Shown piece after piece: positions 16,056-26,010 of a stretch of DNA of 32,000 bases. The notes under the pieces were generated by a model. It did no database searches and was not told the DNA's origin. It saw only the letters and a program-made list of their open reading frames with translations. The DNA is from an uncultured Clostridia bacterium (GTDB taxonomy: Bacteria > Bacillota > Clostridia > Oscillospirales > Feifaniaceae), in assembly GCA_904420075.1 (NCBI GenBank), contig CAJFTX010000067.1, forward strand, positions 12,781 through 44,780, read 5' to 3'. Position 1 is the first letter of the stretch, and every line of letters begins with the position of its first letter. Made by a program: the position numbers and the translations under genes.

Positions 16056-17738
16056 CTAAAATTTGCGGAACCGCTCATACCGGCGGCGCAGCAGCTGGTC
16101 AAGCGGGGTCGCCCGCTTCTCCTGCAGCGCGTCGCAGAGCGCCGTCTTCAGCCAGCCGAACATCAGCTCCCGCTTCTCGCTCTCCGCGATCACCCGCTCG
16201 ATCACACCGAGCTCCAAAAGGTCGGACGCCGTCAGCTTCAGGCAGTCGCACGCCTCGGCGACACGCGAGCTGTCCTTCCACAGAATTGAGGCGCAGCCCT
16301 CCGGCGAGATAACCGAATAGACCGCGTTCTCGAGCATCCAGACCTCGTCAGCCACCGCGAGCGCGAGCGCGCCGCCGCTGCCGCCCTCTCCGATCAGCAC
16401 CGAAATCACGGGCGTGCGCAGCTCCATCATCGTCTGCAAGTTCTCGGCGATCGCCTGGCTCTGGCCGCGCTCCTCCGCCCCGATGCCGCAGAATGCGCCC
16501 GACGTGTCGACAAGGCAGACCACCGGCCGGCGGAACTTCTCCGCCTGGCGCATCAGCCGCAGCGCCTTGCGGTACCCCTCCGGGTGGGCAAGTCCGAAGT
16601 TGCGGTCGATCCGCTCCTTTAAGTCCCGTCCCTTCTCAATGCCGATCACTGTCACCGGCATGCCGAACAGCCGCGCCACCCCGCCGACAACCGCCTTGTC
16701 GTCCCCGAAGCGGCGGTCGCCGTGCAGCTCGACAAAGTCCTCAAAACAGCGCTCGATGAAATCGAAGGCGGTCGGCCGGTTCTTCCCCCTGGCCGCCTGC
16801 AGCCGCTGGTACGGCGTGAGGCTCTGCGGTGCGGTCGCCAGCTCCTCGCGGCGGCGCAGCGCGTAGAGGTTCTGATCGATCCCCTGCTCCCCGCAGTGCA
16901 GCGCGATCAGCTGCGAGAGGGTCGTGCGGAGCTTCTCGCGCTGGACAATCGCATCCACAAAGCCCTTCTCCCGCTGGAACTCCGCCGACTGGAAGCCGGC
17001 CGGCAGCTTCTGCCGGATGGTCTGCTCGATCACCCGCGGGCCCGCAAAGCCGATCAGCGCGCCCGGCTCGGAGAGGATGATATCCCCCTCCATCGCAAAC
17101 GAGGCGCTCACCCCGCCGAGCGTCGGGTCGGTCAGCACCGTGACATAGAGCAGCCCCGCCCGGCTGTGCCGTCCGATCGCGCCGCTGGTCTTCGCCATCT
17201 GCATCAGCGACAGAATTCCCTCCTGCATCCGCGCGCCGCCCGAGACCGAGCAGACCACCACCGGCAGCCGCTTCGCCGTCGCCCGCTCGAAGGCGGAGGC
17301 GATCTTCTCGCCGGTGATCCGGCCCATCGACCCCATCATGAAGTTCGGGTCCATCACGCAGAGCACAAACGGCTGCCCGTCGATCCTCCCCTCGCCGCAG
17401 ACGACCGACTCCCGCTCCCCGCTGCGCTTCTTCGCGCCCGCGAGCTTTGTCTCATACTCCGGGAAAGAGAGGATGTTCTCGCTCTCGAGCTCCGCGTCCC
17501 ACTCCTCAAAGCTCCCCTCGTCGCAGAGCAGCGCGACCCGTCTCCGCGCGCCCATGCGGAAGTGATGCCGGCAGCGCTTGCAGACGAGATTGTCCCGCTC
17601 GAGCTCCTCGCGCAGGAGATTTGCCCCGCAGGCCGGACATTTGACAAACATTCCGTCCGGCGCCTGCGGCGCGGCCGCGGGGCCCTTCTGCCCCTCCAGC
17701 GCATTTTTCGGTTTCTTAAAAAACTCTCTTCCTAGCAT
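16056..17738 (-). CDS. accDA: acetyl-CoA carboxylase carboxyltransferase, fused beta (AccD) and alpha (AccA) subunits
   Basis: The N-terminal half has the AccD zinc ribbon CPACGANLLREELERDNLVCKRCRHHFRM and the CT-beta core (SMGRITGEKI, SGGARMQEG). The C-terminal half is AccA-like (LTPYQRLQAARGKNRPTAFDFI, FGMPVTVIGIEKG, VCLVDTSGAFCGIGAEERGQ). It is one uninterrupted frame. I place the start at ATG 17738 (RBS GGAGAAAGG); the alternative is 17756. Confidence 0.92.
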   Translation of the reverse strand: MLGREFFKKPKNALEGQKGPAAAPQAPDGMFVKCPACGANLLREELERDNLVCKRCRHHFRMGARRRVALLCDEGSFEEWDAELESENILSFPEYETKLAGAKKRSGERESVVCGEGRIDGQPFVLCVMDPNFMMGSMGRITGEKIASAFERATAKRLPVVVCSVSGGARMQEGILSLMQMAKTSGAIGRHSRAGLLYVTVLTDPTLGGVSASFAMEGDIILSEPGALIGFAGPRVIEQTIRQKLPAGFQSAEFQREKGFVDAIVQREKLRTTLSQLIALHCGEQGIDQNLYALRRREELATAPQSLTPYQRLQAARGKNRPTAFDFIERCFEDFVELHGDRRFGDDKAVVGGVARLFGMPVTVIGIEKGRDLKERIDRNFGLAHPEGYRKALRLMRQAEKFRRPVVCLVDTSGAFCGIGAEERGQSQAIAENLQTMMELRTPVISVLIGEGGSGGALALAVADEVWMLENAVYSVISPEGCASILWKDSSRVAEACDCLKLTASDLLELGVIERVIAESEKRELMFGWLKTALCDALQEKRATPLDQLLRRRYERFRKF

Positions 17739-17851
17739 AAGGGTTCCTTTCTCCATGGGGTGGTTTGTTTCCGCTGCGGTCCGCGCGAGACGTCAAACAG
17801 GGCGCCGCTGCGGGGCGGACTCCGCCGCGAGAGCGCGTCGGCAGCGCCTCT

Positions 17852-19189
17852 CTACTTCCCGAGCTCGTCTAAAAGTCCCGTGGTGTAGCTCCCGTCGACG
17901 AAGGCCGGATTGTCGAGCAGCTGGGCCTGAAAATCCGCATTGTGGGTCACGCCCTCGATCACAAGCTCCGAGAGCGCCATCTTCATCTTGCGGATGGCCT
18001 GCTCCCGGTTCTGCGCGTGGACGATCAGCTTGCCGATCATCGAGTCGTAGAAGGGCGGGATGAAATAGTCCTGGTAGATCGCGGTGTCAAACCGCACCCA
18101 GGGGCCTCCCGGGATGTGCAACAGTTCCACCGTCCCACAGCAGGGGGCAAACCCTCTGCCCGGGTCCTCGGCGTTGATCCGGCACTCGATCGCGGCGCCG
18201 CTGATCCGAATGTCCTCCTGCGCAAAGGGGAGTTTTACGCCGGCCGCAACCCGGATCTGCCACTGCACGAGGTCCACTCCCGTGACCATCTCGGTCACCG
18301 GGTGCTCCACCTGGAGGCGGGTGTTCATCTCCATGAAGTAGAAGTCGCCCTCGCCGGTATAGAGATACTCGATCGTCCCCACCCCGCGGTAGCCGGTCGC
18401 CTTTGCGGCCCGGGTCGAGGCGAGGGTCATCGCGGCGCGCGTCTCCGCCGAGATGGCGGGCGACGGGCTCTCCTCGATCAGCTTCTGATTCTTCCGCTGG
18501 ACCGAGCACTCCCGCTCCCCGAGACAGACCACGCCCCCGTAGTTGTCGCAGAGGACCTGCATCTCGATGTGCTTGACCGGGCGGAGGTACTTCTCAAGGT
18601 AGCACGCCCCGTCGCCAAACGCGCTCGCAGCCTCGCTCGACGCGGCCAGAAACGCCCCGCGGAACTCCGCCCGCTCCTTTACAATGCGGATGCCGCGGCC
18701 GCCGCCGCCCGCCCGCGCCTTGATGATGACCGGGAAGCCGATCTCCTCCGCGCAGCGCTCCGCCTCGTCCACATCCTCGATGACATCGCTGCCCGGGATG
18801 ACCGGGACGCCCGCCGCCTTCATCGTGCGGCGCGCCTCGTCCTTGTCACCCATCTTCGCGATGAGCTCGCTTGTGGGACCGATGAAGGCGATCCCGCACT
18901 GCTCGCACAGTGCGACGAACTTCGGGTTCTCCGAGAGCAGCCCGTAGCCGGGGTGGATCGCCTCCGCCCCGGTCGCGATCGCCGCCGAGAGGATGGCCTC
19001 CATATTGAGGTAGCTGTCCGCCGCGCGGGGGCCGCCGATGCAGATGCTCTCGTCCGCCATCGAGACGAAGAGGGCCGGCGCGTCCGCCTCGGAGAATACC
19101 GCGACCGTCGCGATCCCCATCTCGCGGCAGGCGCGGATGATCCGCACGGCGATCTCGCCGCGGTTTGCAATCAGGATTTTCCGGAACAA
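17852..19189 (-). CDS. accC: acetyl-CoA carboxylase biotin carboxylase subunit
   Basis: FRKILIANRGEIAVRIIRACREMGI, ATP-grasp core IIKARAGGGGRGIR, EMNTRLQVEHPVTE. The TTG start directly follows the fabZ TAG. Confidence 0.96.
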   Translation of the reverse strand: MFRKILIANRGEIAVRIIRACREMGIATVAVFSEADAPALFVSMADESICIGGPRAADSYLNMEAILSAAIATGAEAIHPGYGLLSENPKFVALCEQCGIAFIGPTSELIAKMGDKDEARRTMKAAGVPVIPGSDVIEDVDEAERCAEEIGFPVIIKARAGGGGRGIRIVKERAEFRGAFLAASSEAASAFGDGACYLEKYLRPVKHIEMQVLCDNYGGVVCLGERECSVQRKNQKLIEESPSPAISAETRAAMTLASTRAAKATGYRGVGTIEYLYTGEGDFYFMEMNTRLQVEHPVTEMVTGVDLVQWQIRVAAGVKLPFAQEDIRISGAAIECRINAEDPGRGFAPCCGTVELLHIPGGPWVRFDTAIYQDYFIPPFYDSMIGKLIVHAQNREQAIRKMKMALSELVIEGVTHNADFQAQLLDNPAFVDGSYTTGLLDELGK

Positions 19190-19612
19190 CTACTTCTCCC
19201 CCTTTATGAGGGCGAAGGAGAACTCCCCCTTCACCTTGAGTTTGCCGCCGACCGAGGCCTTCCCCTCCGCGAAGTAGAAGGGGCCCTTGTTCTTCACAAT
19301 CGCGACCTCGATCTCCAGAAGGTCGCCCGGCTTCACCGTGTCCTTAAAGCGCACCTTATCAAGGCTTGTAAAGTAGGGGGTCATCCCCTTCGCGGTGTCC
19401 GCGAGCAGCACCGCCGCCGTCTGCGCCATGATCTCGCAGAGGATGACACCCGGCACCACCGGATTGCCCGGAAAATGCCCCTGGAGGAAGAACTCATCCC
19501 CCCGCACCTGATAGGTGCCGCGGGCGGTCCCCTCTCCGGTCACCTCCGCCGTGTCCACCAGCAGCATCGGCTCGCGGTGGGGCAGAATTCCCTTGATCTC
19601 GTCTCTTGTCAT
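19190..19612 (-). CDS. fabZ: 3-hydroxyacyl-ACP dehydratase
   Basis: ILPHREPMLLVD and FLQGHFPGNPVVPGVILCEIMAQ hot-dog motifs. Confidence 0.95.
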   Translation of the reverse strand: MTRDEIKGILPHREPMLLVDTAEVTGEGTARGTYQVRGDEFFLQGHFPGNPVVPGVILCEIMAQTAAVLLADTAKGMTPYFTSLDKVRFKDTVKPGDLLEIEVAIVKNKGPFYFAEGKASVGGKLKVKGEFSFALIKGEK

Positions 19613-19625
19613 AATGCCGCCTCCT

Positions 19626-20051
<426 letters not shown>

Positions 20052-20066
20052 GCTCTCTCTCCTAAG

Positions 20067-20088
20067 CGGGGACTTCTCCCCGGTTTTT
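20067..20088. other. hairpin in the accB 5' leader
   Basis: cggggacttctccccg (20067-20082) followed by gttttt on the plus strand. On the coding (minus) strand it sits between an A-run and the accB RBS AGGAGAGAGAG. Confidence 0.35.
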
Positions 20089-20356
20089 CTGTGTGTGCTT
20101 CACTCAAACGTCAGGCGTCCGAACGTTCTCCGCCGACGCGGTATGCGGCCGGCCGTATCCCCAAATCCTGCCGTGCTCCCAAAAAGGAGCGCAAACGGCG
20201 CTGCCGGACAGTTTCAACCCATGTCTGCGGCGCGGTCCATCCCCCTCCCGGGCGCTCGCGGGGCGTGCAGCCGCCCCCGCGCCTCTCTGCCGGATCACCC
20301 TCCGCTCACACGGCGGGCGGCAGGGATGACGCCGAGGAGCGGCGCAAGTTCTCCCG

Positions 20357-21592
20357 CTACGCGCGGTACGGCCGCAGCGCGACGCAGGCGTTGTGCCCGC
20401 CGAAGCCGAGCGAGGTCGAGATGCCGAGGGTGACGGGGCGGGTCTCCGCCTGGTTCGGAATATAGTAGAGGTCGCACTCGGGGTCCGGCTCGCCGTAGCC
20501 GATGGTCGGGGGCAGCACGCCCTCCCGCAACGCGAGCGCGGTCGCCATCGCCTCGGCGGCGCCGGTCGCGCCGAGCATGTGGCCGGTCATCGACTTTGTG
20601 GAACTGATGAGAAGGTCCTTTGCCCGCTCGCCGAACGCCCTCTTGAGCGCCGCGGTCTCCGCCTTGTCATTGAGGGGGGTGCTGGTGCCGTGCGCGTTGA
20701 CATACACGAGGTCCTCCCCGGTGTAGCCGGCCTCGGCAAGCGCGAGCTTGATCGCCTGCGCCGCGCCCTTCGCCTCCGGGTGCGGTGCGGTCATGTGGTA
20801 GGCGTCGTTGGTGTTGCCGTAGCCCACGATCTCGGCGATGATCTCGGCGCCGCGCGCTCTCGCGTGCTCCAGCTCCTCGAGCATCAGGATCGCCGCGCCC
20901 TCGCCCATCACAAAGCCGTCCCGCCGCTTGTCAAACGGACGGCAGGCGCTCTTCGGGTCAGGGTTCTGCGAGAGGGCCATGCAGCTGGTAAATCCCGCGA
21001 CAGAGATCGGCGTGATCGACGCCTCCGCGCCGCCCGCGAGGATCGCGTCGGCGTAGCCGTGCTTGATGGCGTGGAACGCCTCGCCCACCGCGTTTGTGCT
21101 GGTCGCGCAGGCGGTCACCACCGGGAGGCTCGGCCCCTCGGCGTCGTACCGCATCGCGATCACGCCCGAGGCCATGTTGGAGATCAGCATCGGGATGAAG
21201 AAGGGCGAGACGCCGCGCGGGCCTCTCTCAAGCATCCGCGCGTGCTGCGTCTCAAAGGTGTTCATCCCGCCGATACCGCTGCCGACATAGACGCCGAACC
21301 GCTCCGGCTCCACCGCGCCGCGGATGCCGCTACTCTCCACCGCCTGCTCGGCCGCCGCCACCGCATACTGGGTGAAGAGGTCGAGCCGCTTTGCCTCCGC
21401 GCTCTTCATATACCGGGTCACGTCAAAGCCCTTGACCTCCGCCGCGATCTTCACCTTGTACTCCTCGCCCTGCTCGAACTTGGTGATCGTGTCGATGCCG
21501 CAGACGCCGCTCTTCAGCGACTCCCAGAAGGTTTTCACATCGTTGCCGACCGGCGTCACCGCGCCGAGGCCGGTAATGACTACTCTATTCAT
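20357..21592 (-). CDS. fabF: beta-ketoacyl-ACP synthase II
   Basis: MNRVVITGLGAVTPVGN, active-site Cys region VVTACATSTNA, NAHGTSTPLND, GHMLGATGA, SLGFGGHNA. Start is ATG 21592 with RBS AAGGAGAGG. Confidence 0.95.
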   Translation of the reverse strand: MNRVVITGLGAVTPVGNDVKTFWESLKSGVCGIDTITKFEQGEEYKVKIAAEVKGFDVTRYMKSAEAKRLDLFTQYAVAAAEQAVESSGIRGAVEPERFGVYVGSGIGGMNTFETQHARMLERGPRGVSPFFIPMLISNMASGVIAMRYDAEGPSLPVVTACATSTNAVGEAFHAIKHGYADAILAGGAEASITPISVAGFTSCMALSQNPDPKSACRPFDKRRDGFVMGEGAAILMLEELEHARARGAEIIAEIVGYGNTNDAYHMTAPHPEAKGAAQAIKLALAEAGYTGEDLVYVNAHGTSTPLNDKAETAALKRAFGERAKDLLISSTKSMTGHMLGATGAAEAMATALALREGVLPPTIGYGEPDPECDLYYIPNQAETRPVTLGISTSLGFGGHNACVALRPYRA

Positions 21593-21609
21593 CGTTTCCT
21601 CTCCTTTTG

Positions 21610-22353
21610 TCACATGCACATGCCGCCGTCCACCCGCAGCACCTCGCCGGTGATGTAGGCCGCAAGGTCGGAGGCTAAGAAGAGCGCCGCATTCGCGACC
21701 TCCTCCGCCGAGCCCGCCCGCTTCGCCGGGATGAGCCCGAGCATCGCCTCTCTCGCCTTCTCCGAGAGCTCATCCGTCATCTCCGTCTCGATAAAGCCGG
21801 GGGCGATCGCGTTGCAGGTCACCCCTCTGGCCGCGAGCTCCTTCGCCACTGACTTGGTAAGGCCGATCAGCCCCGCCTTCGCCGCGGCGTAGTTTGCCTG
21901 GCCCGCGTTGCCCATCAGGCCCACCACCGAGCTTATGTTGATGATCCGGCCCGCCCGCTTTTTCATAAAGTGCGAGTAGCAGGCCTTGACGGTGTTGAAA
22001 CAGCCGCCGAGATTGGTGTCCACCACCGCGTCAAAGTCCTCTCTCTTCATCGAGAGCACCAGCTTGTCGCGGACGATGCCCGCGTTGTTGACGAGGATGT
22101 CGATCCCGCCGAGCGCGCCGAGCGTCTCCTTCACCGCGGCGTCCACCGCCGCTAAGTCCGCCACGTCGCACTGCAGCACGAGCGCACGGCGCCCCAGCTT
22201 CTCGATCTCGAGCGCGGTCTCGCCCGCCGCCGTCGTGTTGCCCGCGTAGAGGATGGCGACATCCGCCCCCTCGGCCGCAAATTTGAGCGCGATCGCCCGG
22301 CCGATCCCGCGGGACCCGCCGGTGACGAGCGCCACCTTTCCTTCCAGCATCAT
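21610..22353 (-). CDS. fabG: 3-oxoacyl-ACP reductase
   Basis: SDR motifs VALVTGGSRGIG, NNAG and YAAAKAG. The start ATG overlaps the fabD TGA (ATGA). Confidence 0.94.
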   Translation of the reverse strand: MMLEGKVALVTGGSRGIGRAIALKFAAEGADVAILYAGNTTAAGETALEIEKLGRRALVLQCDVADLAAVDAAVKETLGALGGIDILVNNAGIVRDKLVLSMKREDFDAVVDTNLGGCFNTVKACYSHFMKKRAGRIINISSVVGLMGNAGQANYAAAKAGLIGLTKSVAKELAARGVTCNAIAPGFIETEMTDELSEKAREAMLGLIPAKRAGSAEEVANAALFLASDLAAYITGEVLRVDGGMCM

Positions 22354-23264
22354 CTTGCACACTCCCCGGACGCCGCGTCCAGGCTCTCCTTATCCTCAAT
22401 ATGGCAGGCCGCCGCCTCCGGCAGCGTCTTTTTGACGAGGCCCTCGAGCGTCTTGCCGACGCCGACCTCCACAAACCGGGTGACACCCCGCTCCGCGAGG
22501 TCCTTCACCGTCGCCGTCCAGCGGACCGGGCTCTCCACCTGGGCCGCGAGACCCGCCCCAATCTCCGCCCCGTAGGGCGCGCCCGTGACATTCGAGTAGA
22601 GCGGGATGCGCGGCTCCGCAAAGGCATACTCCTTCACAGCCTCCCGCATCCCCTCGGCCGCCTCGGCCATGAAGGGGCTGTGGAACGCGCCGCTCACTTT
22701 GAGCGGCATCGCCCGGCCGCCCGCCTCCTTCACCGCGGCGCAGAGCGGGTCAAACGACTCCTCCGCGCAGGCGACCACCGTCTGAAACTCGCTGTTATAG
22801 TTGACGGGATAGGCCCGGTCAAGCCCCGCGCAGATCGCCTCGACCCTGTCCGCCGGGAGCTTCAGCACCGCCGCCATCCGGCCCGGATGGGCCTTCGCCG
22901 CCGCGTCCATCAGCTCCGCCCGGCGGCAGACGAGGCGGAACGCCTCCTCATCGGGGAGCGCACCCGAAAAAGCGAGTGCCGCGAGCTCCCCGAGCGAAAA
23001 GCCCGCCGCGAAGTCGGCCGAAATTCCCGCCTCCTCCGCCGCGCGCGCCGCCGCAAGGTCGCAGACAAAGAGGCAGGGCTGGGTATTTCTGGTCTGCGCG
23101 AGGGTCGCCGCGTCCCCCTCGAAGCACTGCTCCACCGTTCCCGGGCGGAGGCGCTCCGCCATCTCAAAGACCGCCTTGGCGGCCGCAGAGCTCTCATAGA
23201 GCGAGCGCCCCATTCCGGTGTGCTGCGCCCCCTGGCCGGAGAACAAAAATGCTACTTTACCCAT
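22350..23264 (-). CDS. fabD: malonyl-CoA:ACP transacylase
   Basis: AFLFSGQGAQHTGMG, active-site GFSLGE, VSGAFHSP. Start is ATG 23264, overlapping the end of fabK; the track start 23345 is an upstream extension. Confidence 0.94.
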   Translation of the reverse strand: MGKVAFLFSGQGAQHTGMGRSLYESSAAAKAVFEMAERLRPGTVEQCFEGDAATLAQTRNTQPCLFVCDLAAARAAEEAGISADFAAGFSLGELAALAFSGALPDEEAFRLVCRRAELMDAAAKAHPGRMAAVLKLPADRVEAICAGLDRAYPVNYNSEFQTVVACAEESFDPLCAAVKEAGGRAMPLKVSGAFHSPFMAEAAEGMREAVKEYAFAEPRIPLYSNVTGAPYGAEIGAGLAAQVESPVRWTATVKDLAERGVTRFVEVGVGKTLEGLVKKTLPEAAACHIEDKESLDAASGECAR

Positions 23265-24199
23265 TTGCCCGCACCTCCGAGCACCTGCTCCGCGCCCTCG
23301 AACATCTCGCGGATGATCTCCGCGCAGGGCTGCTCCCTGTTGCACATCGCGGCCACCTGACCGGCGAGAAAGCTGCCGCCCTTGGTGTCGCCGTCGAGCA
23401 CCGCGCGGCGGAGGCTGCCGGTGCCGAACGCCTCCAGCTCCTCGTCCGACACGCTGCTGTCGTACTCCTTCTTTAAGTACTCGCGGGAGAAGGGGTTCTT
23501 GAGCGCCCGGACCGGGTGGCCGAGCCGTCTGCCGGTCACCATCGTGTCGATGTCCTTCGCCTTTAAGACCTTCTCCTTATACGCCCGGCTGATGGTGCAC
23601 TCGGTCGCAACCAGGAAGCGGGTGCCCACCTGGACGCCGACCGCCCCCAGCATAAAGGCCGCGGCGATCCCGCGCCCGTCGGCGATCCCGCCCGCCGCGA
23701 GCACCGGGATCTTCACCGCGTCGCACACCTGCGGGACGAGCGCCATCGTCGTCAGGTCCCCCACATGGCCGCCCGACTCGCCGCCCTCGGCGATCACCGC
23801 GGTCGCCCCGCAGCGCTCCACCATTTTCGCAAGCGCGGTGGACGGCACGACCGGGATCACCTTCACTCCGGCCTCCGTCCACCCCGCCATGAACTTCGAC
23901 GGGTTGCCCGCTCCCGTCGTCACAACCGGGATTTTCTCCTCGGCGACGACCTGCGCCACCTCGGCCGCAAACGGGCTCATCAGCATCACGTTGACGCCGA
24001 AGGGCTTCTCCGTCATCTCCCGGCACTTCCGGATCTCGGCGCGCAGCTGCTCGCCGTTTGAATTCATCGCGGCGATAATGCCGAGCCCTCCCGCGTTTGA
24101 CACGGCGGACGCAAGGCTCGCGTTCGCCACCCAGGCCATGCCGCCCTGAAACAGGGGATACTCGATCCCTAGCAGTTCACAAATCGGTGTTTTAATCAT
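23252..24199 (-). CDS. fabK: enoyl-ACP reductase II (FMN-dependent, NPD fold)
   Basis: ICELLGIEYPLFQGGMAWVANASLASAVSNAGGLGII, GGESGGHVG, AAGGIADGRG. It lies at the fabK position of the streptococcal/clostridial fab cluster. Confidence 0.9.
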   Translation of the reverse strand: MIKTPICELLGIEYPLFQGGMAWVANASLASAVSNAGGLGIIAAMNSNGEQLRAEIRKCREMTEKPFGVNVMLMSPFAAEVAQVVAEEKIPVVTTGAGNPSKFMAGWTEAGVKVIPVVPSTALAKMVERCGATAVIAEGGESGGHVGDLTTMALVPQVCDAVKIPVLAAGGIADGRGIAAAFMLGAVGVQVGTRFLVATECTISRAYKEKVLKAKDIDTMVTGRRLGHPVRALKNPFSREYLKKEYDSSVSDEELEAFGTGSLRRAVLDGDTKGGSFLAGQVAAMCNREQPCAEIIREMFEGAEQVLGGAGKWVK

Positions 24200-24270
24200 A
24201 GTTCTTCCCTTTCGCCGCTTAAAATTCCAGTCGGGGGAAGGCCAAAAGAGCCTCCCCCCGGCGAAGTCGT

Positions 24271-24492
24271 TTACTGAATGTTCGCCTCGATCAGCTTGAC
24301 GAGGTCCTCAACCGTCTTGATGTTCTCATCCGCCTCGAGCTGGACGTCGAACTCCTCCTCGATGGACATCATCACCTCGACCGTGTCGAGCGAGTCGAAC
24401 TCGAGGTCCTCGAGGGTGCTTGTGAGCTCAATTGCGCTCTCGTCGATCTCCTTGTAGTCCGCCAGAATCTTTCTTACCTTCTCAAATACCAT
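24271..24492 (-). CDS. acpP: acyl carrier protein
   Basis: Phosphopantetheine attachment motif LEFDSLDTVEVMMSIEEEF. Start is ATG 24492 with RBS GGAGGAAAG. Confidence 0.95.
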   Translation of the reverse strand: MVFEKVRKILADYKEIDESAIELTSTLEDLEFDSLDTVEVMMSIEEEFDVQLEADENIKTVEDLVKLIEANIQ

Positions 24493-24545
24493 CGTTCTTT
24501 CCTCCAAAAATTGTCTTCATTTTTATATTAAGCATCGCTGCTTAA

Positions 24546-25499
24546 TTACCACTTGAAAAGCGCCGCGCCGGAGGTGAGCCCCCCGCCGAACGCCGTCAGC
24601 GCGACATTCATCCCGCGCTCAAGCTTCCCGCTGCGCACCAGCTCGTCAAGCGCGATGTAGAGGCTGGCGCTCGAGGTGTTGCCGTAGCTCTCGATGTTGA
24701 CAAACGCCCTCTCCATCGGCAGGTGCAGCCTGGACATCGCCGCCTTGATGATCCGCAGATTCGCCTGGTGCGGCACCACAAAGTCGAGCTCTGAGGGGCT
24801 GATCCCCGCCTCCTCGCAGACCTTCTGCACCCCGGTTGTCATCGCGTTCACCGCGAACTTGTAGACCTCGCCGCCGTCCATCTTCACACAGCAGGGCTCG
24901 CCCACAACCGTCCCGTCGAAGAGCTTGCCCTCGCCGCGCGGGATGTAGAGCACCTCGCGGTTGCCCTCCGCGTGGACGGTGACCGCGCGCAGTCCGTCGC
25001 CCTCGCCCAGCACCACGGCGCCCGTCCCGTCCCCGAAGAGGACGCAGGTCGAGCGGTCGGTCCAATCGACAATCGAGCTCATCTCCTCGGCCGCGACGAT
25101 CAGAATCTTCTTTGTCTTGCCGCGGGCGAAATAGCAGTCCGCGATGTCCAGCGCGTAGAGAAGCCCCGTGCAGGCCACGTTGATATCAAATGCGGGGCAG
25201 CTCGCCCCGATTCTCTCCTGCACCAGGCAGGCGTGGTTCGGCGTGATCAGCTCGCCGCGCAGGGTGGTGCAGATGATGAGATCCAGCTCCTCCGGCCGGA
25301 CGCCGGCGCTCGCGAGCGCCTCCTCCGCCGCGCGCACCGAGAGGTCGAGCAGGTTCTCGTCCTTACAGATGCGGCGGCTGCCGATGCCGGTGCGCTGGCG
25401 AATCCACTCGTCGCTCGTCTCCACGATCTCGGCCATCTGGTCGTTGGTGAGGGTAAACTTCGGTGCGGCACTTCCCGTGCCAAGAATACGAAAACTCAT
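24546..25499 (-). CDS. fabH: beta-ketoacyl-ACP synthase III
   Basis: ILGTGSAAPKFTLTND, active-site Cys region FDINVACTGLLYAL, PHQANLRII, YGNTSSASL. Confidence 0.95.
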   Translation of the reverse strand: MSFRILGTGSAAPKFTLTNDQMAEIVETSDEWIRQRTGIGSRRICKDENLLDLSVRAAEEALASAGVRPEELDLIICTTLRGELITPNHACLVQERIGASCPAFDINVACTGLLYALDIADCYFARGKTKKILIVAAEEMSSIVDWTDRSTCVLFGDGTGAVVLGEGDGLRAVTVHAEGNREVLYIPRGEGKLFDGTVVGEPCCVKMDGGEVYKFAVNAMTTGVQKVCEEAGISPSELDFVVPHQANLRIIKAAMSRLHLPMERAFVNIESYGNTSSASLYIALDELVRSGKLERGMNVALTAFGGGLTSGAALFKW

Positions 25500-25975
25500 T
25501 TTTTATCTCTCTTTCCAAGCCGGTTCTGTCTCTCCGCCCGGTTTTTTAAAAAGCCGTTTAGCCGCTCAAGTCCCTTGAGCAGCGCCTCTTTCTCCTCCTC
25601 GGTGAGGCCCTGGGACACGTCGTAGGTCATGCTGCGGTGAAAGCGGCGGTGCAGCTTGTCAATAAACCGCCCCTCCTTGGTGAGCGACACATAGACAATC
25701 CGCCCGTCCCGCTCGTCCCTGCTCTTCTCCACAAAGCCCTTGCGCGCGAGTTTGTTCACCGCTGTGGTGGTCGAGGAAGTCGTGATTCCCTCCGCCGCCG
25801 CGAGCTCCGAGATGCTCATCCGGCCGCTGTCGGCCACCTTTTCGAGAAGGTGCACCTCCCGGATGGAGACGTTCAGCCGCTTTGAGCTGTGGAGCATCGC
25901 CTCCTCCACCTCGGTAATCAGGCGGTAGGCCTCGTCGATCTCGCGATTGAGTTTTTCGCTGAACTCGTCTCTCAT
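25496..25975 (-). CDS. MarR-family transcriptional regulator, FabT-like by position (first gene of the fab cluster)
   Basis: MarR wHTH region (ISIREVHLLEKVADSGRMSISELAAAEGITTSSTTTAVNKLARKGFVEKSRDERDGR). Its stop overlaps the fabH start. Confidence 0.85.
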   Translation of the reverse strand: MRDEFSEKLNREIDEAYRLITEVEEAMLHSSKRLNVSIREVHLLEKVADSGRMSISELAAAEGITTSSTTTAVNKLARKGFVEKSRDERDGRIVYVSLTKEGRFIDKLHRRFHRSMTYDVSQGLTEEEKEALLKGLERLNGFLKNRAERQNRLGKRDKK

Positions 25976-25992
25976 AGCGCCCTCTGTCCCAA

Positions 25993-26010
25993 TTAGTTTG
26001 ACTGTCTAAG
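25993..26010 (-). promoter_or_regulatory. candidate FabT-type operator overlapping the transcription start region
   Basis: The plus strand reads TTAGTTTGACTGTCTAAG, which is partly palindromic (TTAG...CTAA, GAC.GTC). It contains AGTTTGACTGTC, which as I recall is the core of the streptococcal FabT box. It abuts the -10 hexamer. Confidence 0.4.
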
